IMG/VR virus record: IMGVR_UViG_3300042514_000542
Span: 62,001-126,000 of that record
Length of the DNA: 64,000 nt
Reading direction: 5' to 3' (one strand)
Position numbers and translations under genes: made by a program. The notes below the pieces were generated by a model. The model was not told where the DNA came from and searched no databases. It saw only the letters and a program-made list of their open reading frames with translations. Of this stretch, positions 38,267 to 47,572 are shown piece by piece. How positions within the stretch are numbered: position 1 is the stretch's first letter; each line of letters starts with the position of its first letter.

Positions 38267-39146
38267 ATTTATTTAAAATCTCCTCAACTCGTTCTTTATT
38301 AATCTCATCATCCCAAATAGTCTCAAAGTTATAATTTAAATTGATTATGTGGTCTTCTTTTATTTTATCTCTTTGCCATATTTGTTCCGCTGTTAACTTT
38401 CCATGGATTGTATTGAACATATCATGTGGTTTATAATATTTTGGATTTGCGTGCCAAAAGCACCCGTTAACCTCAATCACCAATTTTTTATTAGGTATGT
38501 ATATATCAACAATTGGGCAAAACCTTCTCTCCATAATTGGATTGTAAGATTTAAAGTATTCATTTGTTTCGGTTTCATATTCTACTCCCAAATCGTCTAA
38601 AATCTGCAATGTATCTCTATGCGGTTTAGATAATCTAAATGTCTTTCGAAAAAATCCCGGAATCTCCGATGGATGCTCGACACCATGATTAGTTATCCAG
38701 TAATCTTTAATTTTTTGTTTAATTACAGGAGATTTAAAATTATTATCTACTCCATATGTGTCTAAACATTTTAATCTCTTTTGTTCCTTTACTATATTTG
38801 ACTGGGATATATTTGTTATATTCTCACCATATTTCTCTCTTATAGTTTTAATTTTACTGGCACTAACACTTGGAAGGAAACATGTATCGGAAATGTTTCT
38901 AGTTTCAACTCCTGTTTCATTTCGTAATCTATCTATAATAACACCAGCACCACCTATAGATATTCCAATTTCTTGGAAATACTTGACTATAGAGTTTGCA
39001 CTCATATGTTCATTAAGATATAAATCAATTAATAAATCATTTGTTATTATTTCTCTAATATATTTTCTTCTATCGTGATTATTTGGGTGTTTCGACAATA
39101 CATCTCTATCCAATATCAAGCTTTCAAATTTTTCCTTTTCAGTCAT
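38253..39146 (-). CDS. free-standing Vsr/DUF559-like (EDxHD-type) homing endonuclease
   Basis: N-terminal repeats (YGVDNNFKSP, HGVEHPSE); C-terminal VDIYIP..VIEVNGCFWH..RD.IK..ETIW; preceded by CTAAATAATATAG-ATG. Confidence 0.8.
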   Translation of the reverse strand: MTEKEKFESLILDRDVLSKHPNNHDRRKYIREIITNDLLIDLYLNEHMSANSIVKYFQEIGISIGGAGVIIDRLRNETGVETRNISDTCFLPSVSASKIKTIREKYGENITNISQSNIVKEQKRLKCLDTYGVDNNFKSPVIKQKIKDYWITNHGVEHPSEIPGFFRKTFRLSKPHRDTLQILDDLGVEYETETNEYFKSYNPIMERRFCPIVDIYIPNKKLVIEVNGCFWHANPKYYKPHDMFNTIHGKLTAEQIWQRDKIKEDHIINLNYNFETIWDDEINKERVEEILNKYENC

Positions 39147-39185
39147 CTATATTATTTAGTCAAAACTGGATGGTTTCAACCAAAA

Positions 39186-39875
39186 TTAGATGGAATTTTT
39201 TAAAGTTTCTGTTCCATCCAATTCATCGACTCTTCGCCAACATTTAAGATTATCTACCCAAACTCTATGATTACCAGTAAGAACTAACTCTTTACCACTG
39301 TCTGTTGTAATTTTATACCAATTAGATGTTTTCTCTTTTATGTCTACTCCGTTCAACATAACACATTTTATAGACTTGTATTCATTCTCCCCTGTAGTCT
39401 CGTTATAAGTTTTAATTTTTGGTAAATCTGTTGTCATAGAATCTAGAAATAATTCATACAACTCATGTATCTTCATATCTTCATTTTCTAATGATATCAT
39501 ACTATATCCATGCAAACATCCATCAAGCTTGGGTTGACTATATACAGGAAATTTTACCTTATCTTTACGGTCTTCCCATTTCTTAGCAAGCATGGGTTCT
39601 ACGTATTCAGAGGTGTCGATCTTTGAGATATCAACATGATATCCAGTGTCCTTCTTCTTAGTCCAAGATGCTTGTGCTTCGAATAACGCCTGTTCTTCTG
39701 GTGTTCTTTGATTTGCACGATTTTCGTTTGTAACTAAACAGACAGTCCATTCCGTAGTCTGTAACTTGCCATTAAGTTGTCCATGAATAGTTCTATACGA
39801 ATCTTTTTCGATTTCTACAGTCCATGTTTGAATCGCTCCCGTATTTGTTCGGGAATATAATGTGGGTAGTTGCAT
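39186..39875 (-). CDS. lig: ATP-dependent DNA ligase N-terminal part, followed by a 110-aa split intein N-fragment
   Basis: PMLAKK..YSQPKLDG|CLHG (intein Cys1 codon at 39516-39518), block B LTGNHRV, W.RVDEL, then stop. Confidence 0.9.
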   Translation of the reverse strand: MQLPTLYSRTNTGAIQTWTVEIEKDSYRTIHGQLNGKLQTTEWTVCLVTNENRANQRTPEEQALFEAQASWTKKKDTGYHVDISKIDTSEYVEPMLAKKWEDRKDKVKFPVYSQPKLDGCLHGYSMISLENEDMKIHELYELFLDSMTTDLPKIKTYNETTGENEYKSIKCVMLNGVDIKEKTSNWYKITTDSGKELVLTGNHRVWVDNLKCWRRVDELDGTETLKNSI

Positions 39876-39882
39876 GTGATGA

Positions 39883-40326
39883 TTATAGTTCGGTTTTAAT
39901 TAATTCGGGATTTTCGTAGATATTTCCAATAATTTCATATTTTTTAAAATCCTTGGATGTGTGGTTAAAGGCTCTACCGACTACTTCTGACTTAGATTCT
40001 CCGATCCTTCTATATATGTAAGGTGAATTAAAACTACCATCATAAAAGTCCACAACCATAAGAAATCTCAAATCTATTCCTTGCATCTGATGAAAGTTTT
40101 TAGATATAGTTTCTAAGATATCTCCCTCATAAATCTCTTTACCGTTTTTATCTTTAAATCCAGTGAATTGCATAACCTTAGAATACTTCAACCAATCATT
40201 GAAATCCCACACATCACCACCCCGACCACTCATTGAGTTATGTTCTACATGATGTTTTTCAATACCATGATGCATTTTATCATTATACCACGCTCTAAAT
40301 TTAATTTCTCTATTCATATCATTCAA
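39883..40326 (-). CDS. YopX family protein
   Basis: REIKFRAW, MQFTG.KDKNGKEIYEGDI, IIGNIYENPEL. Confidence 0.85.
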   Translation of the reverse strand: MNDMNREIKFRAWYNDKMHHGIEKHHVEHNSMSGRGGDVWDFNDWLKYSKVMQFTGFKDKNGKEIYEGDILETISKNFHQMQGIDLRFLMVVDFYDGSFNSPYIYRRIGESKSEVVGRAFNHTSKDFKKYEIIGNIYENPELIKTEL

Positions 40327-40540
40327 CCATCATAAACTCCAAGCTGTCTCCAACCTCTTCTTCCCCAAACAAAATCACAACCATCCTTGTGTCCACTCTC
40401 GTCTGTAATATCAACTAACCCTTTACAATTTTCACAACATTTAAAATTGTCCAAATCAGAATTTTTTAACTTAGTCCCATCAAACGGACAATACCAATAT
40501 CCATCTTGATCATAATTGGCTAGACATTTGGGACATCTTA

Positions 40541-41086
40541 TCATAATGGAATGTATACTGAACTTTTTGGCTTCTCTGTAGGCTTCATTTCCCCATTATC
40601 TATATCATAGATGATAAATTCAACAGGGAATTTTGATTCAATATCCTTAAGGATAGCTTCTACAATGATCCACGAACCACCAGCACGAACAGATGCCATA
40701 CCGTATGGAATACCAATAGTGAATGGAGATTCTAGTTTACATAGTCGATCACATGCTCTATAGATAGCATCATATAGATAGTCATACCTACAGTTCCTAT
40801 TTAAAGGATGACCATCATTACCGATACCAACTTGGCCATATAGATTAATGACCAACCTATTATCAGGTAGAATTGCGACTGAACTTCTACCGAGTTTATC
40901 GCTCTTTTGAGCTATCATACTACTACCCATGAGATTATCATGATAATCTAAGTCTGCTTGATAAACCTCTGGCCATTTTTCCTTAAGGTAGTATGCAATA
41001 CCACTACCCATAACACATTCGATATTGGCACAATGCATTGCAACATCCCAATCCCCGTCAAGCAAATTTCCTTTTTTATATTTCAT
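40541..41086 (-). CDS. macro domain ADP-ribose-processing protein
   Basis: KGNLL, HCAN..VMGSGIA, INLYGQ, IP.GM...AGGSW. Confidence 0.85.
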   Translation of the reverse strand: MKYKKGNLLDGDWDVAMHCANIECVMGSGIAYYLKEKWPEVYQADLDYHDNLMGSSMIAQKSDKLGRSSVAILPDNRLVINLYGQVGIGNDGHPLNRNCRYDYLYDAIYRACDRLCKLESPFTIGIPYGMASVRAGGSWIIVEAILKDIESKFPVEFIIYDIDNGEMKPTEKPKSSVYIPL

Positions 41087-41856
41087 ATATATTTTTCTGT
41101 TTTAATAAATGACTCTGTATGAGTTTCGTTCAAGATTTTATACTTCATATCTGGATAATGTAGTTCCATATATAAGTCTAACTCATCTTCATTTAAAGCG
41201 CATACAAAAAACTTCTTTTCATCAATACCAACCTCATACATATTATGTAGAATGGTATCGTAATAGATGACTTTGTAAACTCTACCATAACCGACACGAA
41301 TAGCGTATTCAGCAAATAAGAAAAACACACAGATGACCATCCACCAATTAGTATCAGTTCCGAATATCCAACCAACACCACCAAACTTACACATTAAGAG
41401 CAATCCGATAATTGACATGATCCAGCCCCACCAATCAAATGGTTTAAATAATCTACCTACTTCTTTTGGTGTGTTCATTTGGTTCCTAATTTTTGTTTAA
41501 TCGCTTCTTCAAGTTTATCTATGACTTTGGTCAATTCCGGTGTCTTTCCAATATTTTCCTTTTTATATAGTTTGAAATATCTCTCCCTCAAAGAGACTAA
41601 TACTTCATCTACAGGTTCGGGTTCTACTTTCTTTTTTCGTTTAGCAGCCATTATACCCAATCCTCCTTTTTACCATATGCATAAAAATGATTAGTGTTGT
41701 TTCTAATTGAGCCTTCTGCATGACCATCCCAATAACACGTATTTGATAGTTCTTCCATCTTCTCACGAATAGAGTTTAACTCTTCTGCGCCATACCCCCA
41801 CTCATCTTTCAGTTCCTTTAGTAGTGTCGTAATCATAGTCATAGTATAGTTCGGTT

Positions 41857-42441
41857 TTAATTAATACCAAGTGCATTGAGCATCTGAATCTTCAATTTTT
41901 CAAAATCATCTTTTTGATATCCCATTTTCTCTTTCCATACTTCAAACTCATTAACTCTTACGAATTGTTCTTTTGGTAGATTGTTTAGGAATGCGGCTTT
42001 ACCATATTGTTCTCTGGAATGTTCACAATACGGTAGATTATCAACCAATATGTTATGAGTGTTGACGAACTTGGGATTTACTTCTATGGATAAAATATCT
42101 TCTCTCGAAAAAATATTCGAATTTGGATCAAACCCCAATTCAAGTTTCTTATTACACCATCTTATGTAGTCCCCTACTGATGCTGTTAGAATATAGACAT
42201 TATCATGCCCTACCAATTCTCTGGAAAATTTGATAAGATCATCCGTCCACGATCTTTTACAGGTAACATACCATTCTATTTCACCATGAACATCCCAACC
42301 CTTGGGATTCACGTAAAACTTCTCACATCTCCAATGTTCACCATACATGTCAATCAATTGATCAGCATGTTTCTCATGGTCGGCGTATAAGCTGTGGGCA
42401 AGGCATTCGTCGTAATCGAGCATAATAACTCTTTTTTTCAT
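41857..42441 (-). CDS. HAD-superfamily phosphatase
   Basis: LDYDECL, ILTAS, LVDN. Confidence 0.65.
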   Translation of the reverse strand: MKKRVIMLDYDECLAHSLYADHEKHADQLIDMYGEHWRCEKFYVNPKGWDVHGEIEWYVTCKRSWTDDLIKFSRELVGHDNVYILTASVGDYIRWCNKKLELGFDPNSNIFSREDILSIEVNPKFVNTHNILVDNLPYCEHSREQYGKAAFLNNLPKEQFVRVNEFEVWKEKMGYQKDDFEKLKIQMLNALGIN

Positions 42442-42482
42442 ATTTTTTGTAGATTATGGTGTGTGATAGGTTAAATATATTT

Positions 42483-43469
42483 ATGCGAAAGTCAAAAATT
42501 AGTTTAGCAGATGAAGAAGCGATTGTCAATCAGTATTTAAAGGAAAAAAATGTAGAAAAATTAAGATCTAAATATAAAACATCATTTAAAGATATTAAAA
42601 ATATTCTAATTAAAAATAATATATATTCAGGTAGAAGATCAACTTCATTGAATTTAAAATATTTTGAAAATATAGATAGTAATGAAAAAGCTTATTGGTT
42701 AGGATTTATTTCGGCTGATGGATCTTTGTCTAAAAATGGGTATAAATTATCCTTTGGTGTTAAGGATTCTGATATATTAGAAAAATTTAAAAGAGCCATA
42801 TCATCTGGAAGCCCTGTATCAGATTTCAACGTATATGATGAGAGGACAGATAAAACTTACAATAGATATAGTCTTCAGATATGTTCTAAAGAATTTTGCC
42901 AATATATAAGAAATCATGGAGTTGATGAAAACAAGTCAAAAGTATTCAAATTCCCAAAGATTGATGAGAAATATTACTCCCATTTTATTAGAGGGTTATA
43001 TGACGGTGATGGTAGTATATGTATAGTCAAATCCAAGGTTATAGAGAATATCAACTTTAGGGCAAATATTATAAGTTCTTTGGAGTGTGTTAACTACATT
43101 AAAGTTTATTTAGAAAGCATCAATATCTCATCTAATAAAATATTTTCCAAACACGACCAAAATATTCACTATATTACATTTGGAAAGGACGTTATTAAAT
43201 TTTTAAATTGGATTTATAAAGACTCATCCGAAGAAACTAGGTTGGATAGAAAATACAATAAATTTATCGATAATCTACATGATTATAATACCCAACATAA
43301 GATTTTTCAAATTAAAAATCATCAAACCGGAGTTACACATAAAGTTAAGAATTTGATTAAATTCTGTAAAGATAATAATTTAAACGATAATTACTTGAGG
43401 TATAATATGACTAATGGAAAAATTCCAACAAAAGGTAAGCACTTAGGATGGGAATTATTACCCAATTAA
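42483..43469 (+). CDS. LAGLIDADG homing endonuclease, antisense orientation
   Basis: AYWLGFISADG and HFIRGLYDGDG; start reassigned to ATG 42483, after TAAATATATTT. Confidence 0.85.
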   Translation: MRKSKISLADEEAIVNQYLKEKNVEKLRSKYKTSFKDIKNILIKNNIYSGRRSTSLNLKYFENIDSNEKAYWLGFISADGSLSKNGYKLSFGVKDSDILEKFKRAISSGSPVSDFNVYDERTDKTYNRYSLQICSKEFCQYIRNHGVDENKSKVFKFPKIDEKYYSHFIRGLYDGDGSICIVKSKVIENINFRANIISSLECVNYIKVYLESINISSNKIFSKHDQNIHYITFGKDVIKFLNWIYKDSSEETRLDRKYNKFIDNLHDYNTQHKIFQIKNHQTGVTHKVKNLIKFCKDNNLNDNYLRYNMTNGKIPTKGKHLGWELLPN

Positions 43470-43473
43470 TCTA

Positions 43474-44208
43474 TCATACTTTATATTCTTTCTCAGAGTC
43501 AAAGAAAAATAACTCATTTATATCTACACAGCGACAATATACACCATCAACAGTTTGTCTCATATTGTTGTGCATATGTCCGTGGAATATTGTTTTACAT
43601 TCGACCACCTTTACTATTTCACTTACCAATTCTCTCTGGGCGAGACAGTCATGATAAAGTGTTGGGTCTACGTCATGAAATCTTTTCCAGTGTGTTGGTA
43701 TGGTATGTGATGAGTGATTAAACTGTTCGGGACAATCATGTGAAAACATGATATCACATTTCTCTATAACTTTATAGTCTATTGGTATTGTTCCTTCGGC
43801 AGTCCAATAATCATAATCTTGTCTTCTACTATATCTATCAATGCTTATACCACCAGCAAGTAATAATGCCTTCTTCCCATTAGGGAATACTGCATATGCA
43901 TGATCTTTAATTAGGAAAACATTTGAAAATTTCTGATCCCATATTTCATCATATGTTGCATCATGATTACCACGGATGATGTAAAAATTAATACCTAAAT
44001 TATGACATAGTTTATTAGTATTATACAACCACATAGTTGTATTCTTAATGGCATATTCTTTTTTGGCAAATCCCAAGCCAACATCACCCAGATGGATAAG
44101 ATCAACCCCGCCATCAACCCTACTTCCTATGATATCTTTGGTAATTTGTTGTGAATGTGTATCACCTAAAAGGATCACTTTATCATTTTTGAATTTATAA
44201 TTTTCCAT
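43474..44208 (-). CDS. calcineurin-like metallophosphoesterase
   Basis: GDTH, HLGDVG, RGNHD, SHDCP, HGHMH. Confidence 0.85.
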   Translation of the reverse strand: MENYKFKNDKVILLGDTHSQQITKDIIGSRVDGGVDLIHLGDVGLGFAKKEYAIKNTTMWLYNTNKLCHNLGINFYIIRGNHDATYDEIWDQKFSNVFLIKDHAYAVFPNGKKALLLAGGISIDRYSRRQDYDYWTAEGTIPIDYKVIEKCDIMFSHDCPEQFNHSSHTIPTHWKRFHDVDPTLYHDCLAQRELVSEIVKVVECKTIFHGHMHNNMRQTVDGVYCRCVDINELFFFDSEKEYKV

Positions 44209-44734
44209 TTTCTAATATTTCTCGAATAATTGGCCTTGCGGCACTGTTTGCTGTATGTATATAATACTTTGGAATACTTACATTACGGGCTTTACAAGCC
44301 TTTACCAGATATTCGGCGCAATGCGCCCCTGTTTTGATTTTAAAGTCTTGCCATCCTATCATCTGAAACTGTTTTGTCAACTCTTCACTAGTTGGATTTG
44401 TGGCTAACTCTCTAGAAACATCCCAAAGATCATTATCAAAACTGACAACATCAGGAATACCTACATCATCGATGTATTTAACAAATTCATCATAAGATCT
44501 AACGATATCCCAACTACCCTCTGGTATTCCACTCACATCCAATAGATGTTGTTTAATATCCCAAATAACCGCTCTTTTCGGCATTCTCACATCATCCAAG
44601 AACAGACATCTTTCATGATTGTAATTTACATTACTCTCCTTCTTCTTCCATAATGGACTATCCCAATATGCCTTAATATTTGTTACACGGGATCTATCTC
44701 CCTTTCCTCCATGCCATGCTTCACTCATAACCAA
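44195..44734 (-). CDS. cyclic-phosphate-processing receiver-like domain protein with short N-terminal extension
   Basis: LFLDDVRMP, IVRSYDEF, VSFDNDL, TGAHCA, IHTAN. Confidence 0.7.
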   Translation of the reverse strand: MVMSEAWHGGKGDRSRVTNIKAYWDSPLWKKKESNVNYNHERCLFLDDVRMPKRAVIWDIKQHLLDVSGIPEGSWDIVRSYDEFVKYIDDVGIPDVVSFDNDLWDVSRELATNPTSEELTKQFQMIGWQDFKIKTGAHCAEYLVKACKARNVSIPKYYIHTANSAARPIIREILENGKL

Positions 44735-44942
44735 GTTAAATCTATTTCTATGTTAAAGTTTTCTTTGTTTGTCTCAATAATACCTTCTTCTTCGAAATAT
44801 CTAAGGTAATTTATAAGCTTTTCATCTATAAACCAATTCGACTCTCTAGGTAGATGTGGAAGTGCCATCAATATGTATATTGCACCTATCTCTTCTAGAG
44901 TCATCCCATCAGCTAATTCTAAAGGTAATGTTATTTCCTTTT

Positions 44943-45860
44943 TCATACTTTATATTTTTTCCACACAGCACTTTGACCCCTACCAAACTTAAGAAGCTTC
45001 ATATCGTTTTCAAGTTCAGATAATAGTAGTTTTGCTGTTTGTTCTTGAATACCACAAGTCTCCATCACACGATTTAAGGTGATCAATGGAGGCTCATCAA
45101 TAGCTAGAATGAGTTCTTTTCTTGTTTCTTTGATGGGTTCTTTTTTAACTTTCACTTCTTCGGATTTTTCGGGTTTTTCATATTCACCGATAAACTCATA
45201 ACCACCGGATGTAAAAATCGCTTCGTGCATCATTGTAGCACCAAATCTGTTTTTGTAAACATCAAAAAGTCTAGAATCTTTATTATCCTTGTTCTTCAAG
45301 ATTTCGATGTTCGTATCAACAGCATATAGAAGGGATGTTCCACCACGTATCTCGCCACTCACTGTCTCTTGAACAATGAATAGAATGGTACAATCATGAT
45401 CCTTAGCCCTCTTAACTAGATTATTAGTGAAATATTCATTCTTGGCTTTAGAATTCAGTTCCTCAATAGTGGTTAAAGTCTGGTAGGAATCGATAACCAT
45501 AAAGTCCCTATCGGGAATGGTATCCATGATTTCCTCAATATCTGTTATAGTTCCAACTTCAAGGTTTTCGATACCAAGCCTCTTACAGTTATAGGCTATT
45601 TGAAATACTGCTTCCTCACCAGTGGAGTAAGCAACATTATAACCCACATTGGTAAGCATTTCGGCAAGAGTTAAGGCAAATACGCTCTTACCCACTCCCG
45701 GTCTTGCCTTGAGTGTTATAGTAGAACCGGGAAGTATACCACCCATACCAAATATAGCATCCAAGTTATCTTCACCCGTTTTAAGCCTGTTAAAAAAAAT
45801 ATCCGGTATTTGAATATCGGATATTTTCGTAAATGGTGTCTTTTCTAAATCCAGTGTCAT
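44943..45860 (-). CDS. RadA/Sms-like RecA-fold ATPase
   Basis: Walker A RPGVGKS, GEEA..QI, VIDSYQT, G.T.L.YAVD, KNRFG. Confidence 0.8.
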   Translation of the reverse strand: MTLDLEKTPFTKISDIQIPDIFFNRLKTGEDNLDAIFGMGGILPGSTITLKARPGVGKSVFALTLAEMLTNVGYNVAYSTGEEAVFQIAYNCKRLGIENLEVGTITDIEEIMDTIPDRDFMVIDSYQTLTTIEELNSKAKNEYFTNNLVKRAKDHDCTILFIVQETVSGEIRGGTSLLYAVDTNIEILKNKDNKDSRLFDVYKNRFGATMMHEAIFTSGGYEFIGEYEKPEKSEEVKVKKEPIKETRKELILAIDEPPLITLNRVMETCGIQEQTAKLLLSELENDMKLLKFGRGQSAVWKKYKV

Positions 45861-46073
45861 GGAGCTAGTGTATTTCGGTTTTAATTAACATTATTAATGT
45901 GCCAGTAGCTTATTTCTGCATGGAAGTCCTTCTCAGTCTTTATCGACCCCTCCTTTACGTATATAAATGATTCAGGTCGTTCATTATCATACCCCCAAAT
46001 CTCGATCATATTATCATCCACCATCTGGAAACTGTATGACCCAATCACTCCTTCGTATATCGCTTCTTTCATT

Positions 46074-46952
46074 TTATAGTCTTGTTAATACGTTTTTTAC
46101 TAACGATTTAAATTTATATGTCATTTTGTTATTTGGGAATTGCTTCCAGTATTGTATCACAACTGCGAAGAATTCATCTGAGTTCAACAACCCATATTCC
46201 GGGAAACCCAATTTTTTAGACATGTTAGACCTGATGGTTGGGGTTATTGTCTTACCCTTACCTTTTTTCATGGCTTTATAATACATGTCAATCATATCTT
46301 GATATGCGTGTTTCAATAAAACCTCTGTCTGTCTTGGTATCTGGTCTGCTACGTGATGGGCATATTCGTGGATGTAAATATCATGGTCATCCATTTGTTT
46401 TGAATTTATAAAAATCGAATCACTAAAATAAAGTCCCCTATCCCTTTTATCACTATGTTTTTTAGTGTCGGGATTTCTTAATAAATCGGTAATTATAAAT
46501 GTTGGTCTTCTATTGGGTAGTAAATCTTTTATATAGATCATAAATTTTCTAATCACACTATTTAAAATTCTATAATTATATGAATTTTTAGAAAAATCAC
46601 CATCAACAGTATTAGTGTCTATTAGAACTTTCACACCCATATATTCCAAAACTTGAGTGTAATGGGTTTTAGATGGTTTTTTTAAACCATTTAAATATTT
46701 ATCAAACTCATTATTCAAAAAGATTGAAGCCTTTTCTGGGTAGATCTCTAATAGATTATCATAACTACTTCGGATAATTTTATCATTTTCATCATCGAAA
46801 TCATCCACATCACTATCAGTAATATAATCAATCCAATTCTGTTTAAATTGTGGAGTGTTAAAATCGACATTTCCAATGTATGATAGTTCCCTCTTCCTTA
46901 GAGGGTTTCTCTGTTTTCTCTCATAAAACAATTTAAATGGCATCATCAATAT
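46074..46952 (-). CDS. HExxH metallopeptidase-like protein, probably late/virion
   Basis: IHEYAHH, then EFFA; TAAATATATTG-ATG late-type start near 46949. Confidence 0.5.
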   Translation of the reverse strand: MLMMPFKLFYERKQRNPLRKRELSYIGNVDFNTPQFKQNWIDYITDSDVDDFDDENDKIIRSSYDNLLEIYPEKASIFLNNEFDKYLNGLKKPSKTHYTQVLEYMGVKVLIDTNTVDGDFSKNSYNYRILNSVIRKFMIYIKDLLPNRRPTFIITDLLRNPDTKKHSDKRDRGLYFSDSIFINSKQMDDHDIYIHEYAHHVADQIPRQTEVLLKHAYQDMIDMYYKAMKKGKGKTITPTIRSNMSKKLGFPEYGLLNSDEFFAVVIQYWKQFPNNKMTYKFKSLVKNVLTRL

Positions 46953-46954
46953 AT

Positions 46955-47548
46955 TTATCGATTTTTCCAAGATTTATAGTGATCATCGCAGAGAGATTTA
47001 TACCAGTTCTCCGTTCGAAGAACTCCTACATCACCACATTTTTCACAAGTTGTAGTGGATTTTCCTAGAATTTCATCAAGTTTTCGATACTCCTCATAAT
47101 ATAATTTATAATCCTCACCATAGAAATCACCTTGATCACGTAATTCTCCGAATTTCTCTTTGAAAATACAAGTCTTATAGTGAACATCATGACCTTTAGA
47201 TTTAGCATCATCTAGTAACTTCTTCATTTCCGTGAAATATTCACGGATGATTTCTTTCCAGCCAATACCACATTCAAAACCATATCGAAGATTTGTTAGG
47301 TCTTCTTTTTTCATATTCACTTCTGGGCAAAAGTTATGGTATCTATCATACCATTCTTCTACATATGGTGATAACTCCAAAGTGAATTCGGGAAACTCAT
47401 TAACAAGATCCCACCATTCCTCACTTATATTACTTTTTACAAATTCCATACTTTCGATTATTTTTCCACCAGATTCAATTATAAATCTGATTGGACAGTA
47501 TTTCTTCTTCCCTAGCTTTCTTAAGCTTATAATGGGTCGATTCTTCAT
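46955..47548 (-). CDS. hypothetical protein (C-terminal CxxC..C..H)
   Basis: KEKFGELR and TCEKCG..LCDDH; ATG 6 nt after the repeat at 47555. Confidence 0.6.
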   Translation of the reverse strand: MKNRPIISLRKLGKKKYCPIRFIIESGGKIIESMEFVKSNISEEWWDLVNEFPEFTLELSPYVEEWYDRYHNFCPEVNMKKEDLTNLRYGFECGIGWKEIIREYFTEMKKLLDDAKSKGHDVHYKTCIFKEKFGELRDQGDFYGEDYKLYYEEYRKLDEILGKSTTTCEKCGDVGVLRTENWYKSLCDDHYKSWKNR

Positions 47549-47572
47549 GCACCCACTATACTTCGGTTTTAA

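Noticed and set aside
38253-39200. Single cis-intein with internal endonuclease broken by a sequencing error
   Set aside because: The three ORFs are separate with clean ends, IntC has its own Met, and the endonuclease has its own late promoter, matching a true split intein.
41087-41110. Extra promoter-repeat copies near 41090 and 30835
   Set aside because: They are only degenerate matches (AAAACAGAAA..) without the CCG core or a proper -10, so they were not counted among the 35.
11391-43469. Group I introns around the LAGLIDADG genes
   Set aside because: Flanking genes are intact and no P7 or other intron core was recognised, so the endonucleases look free-standing.
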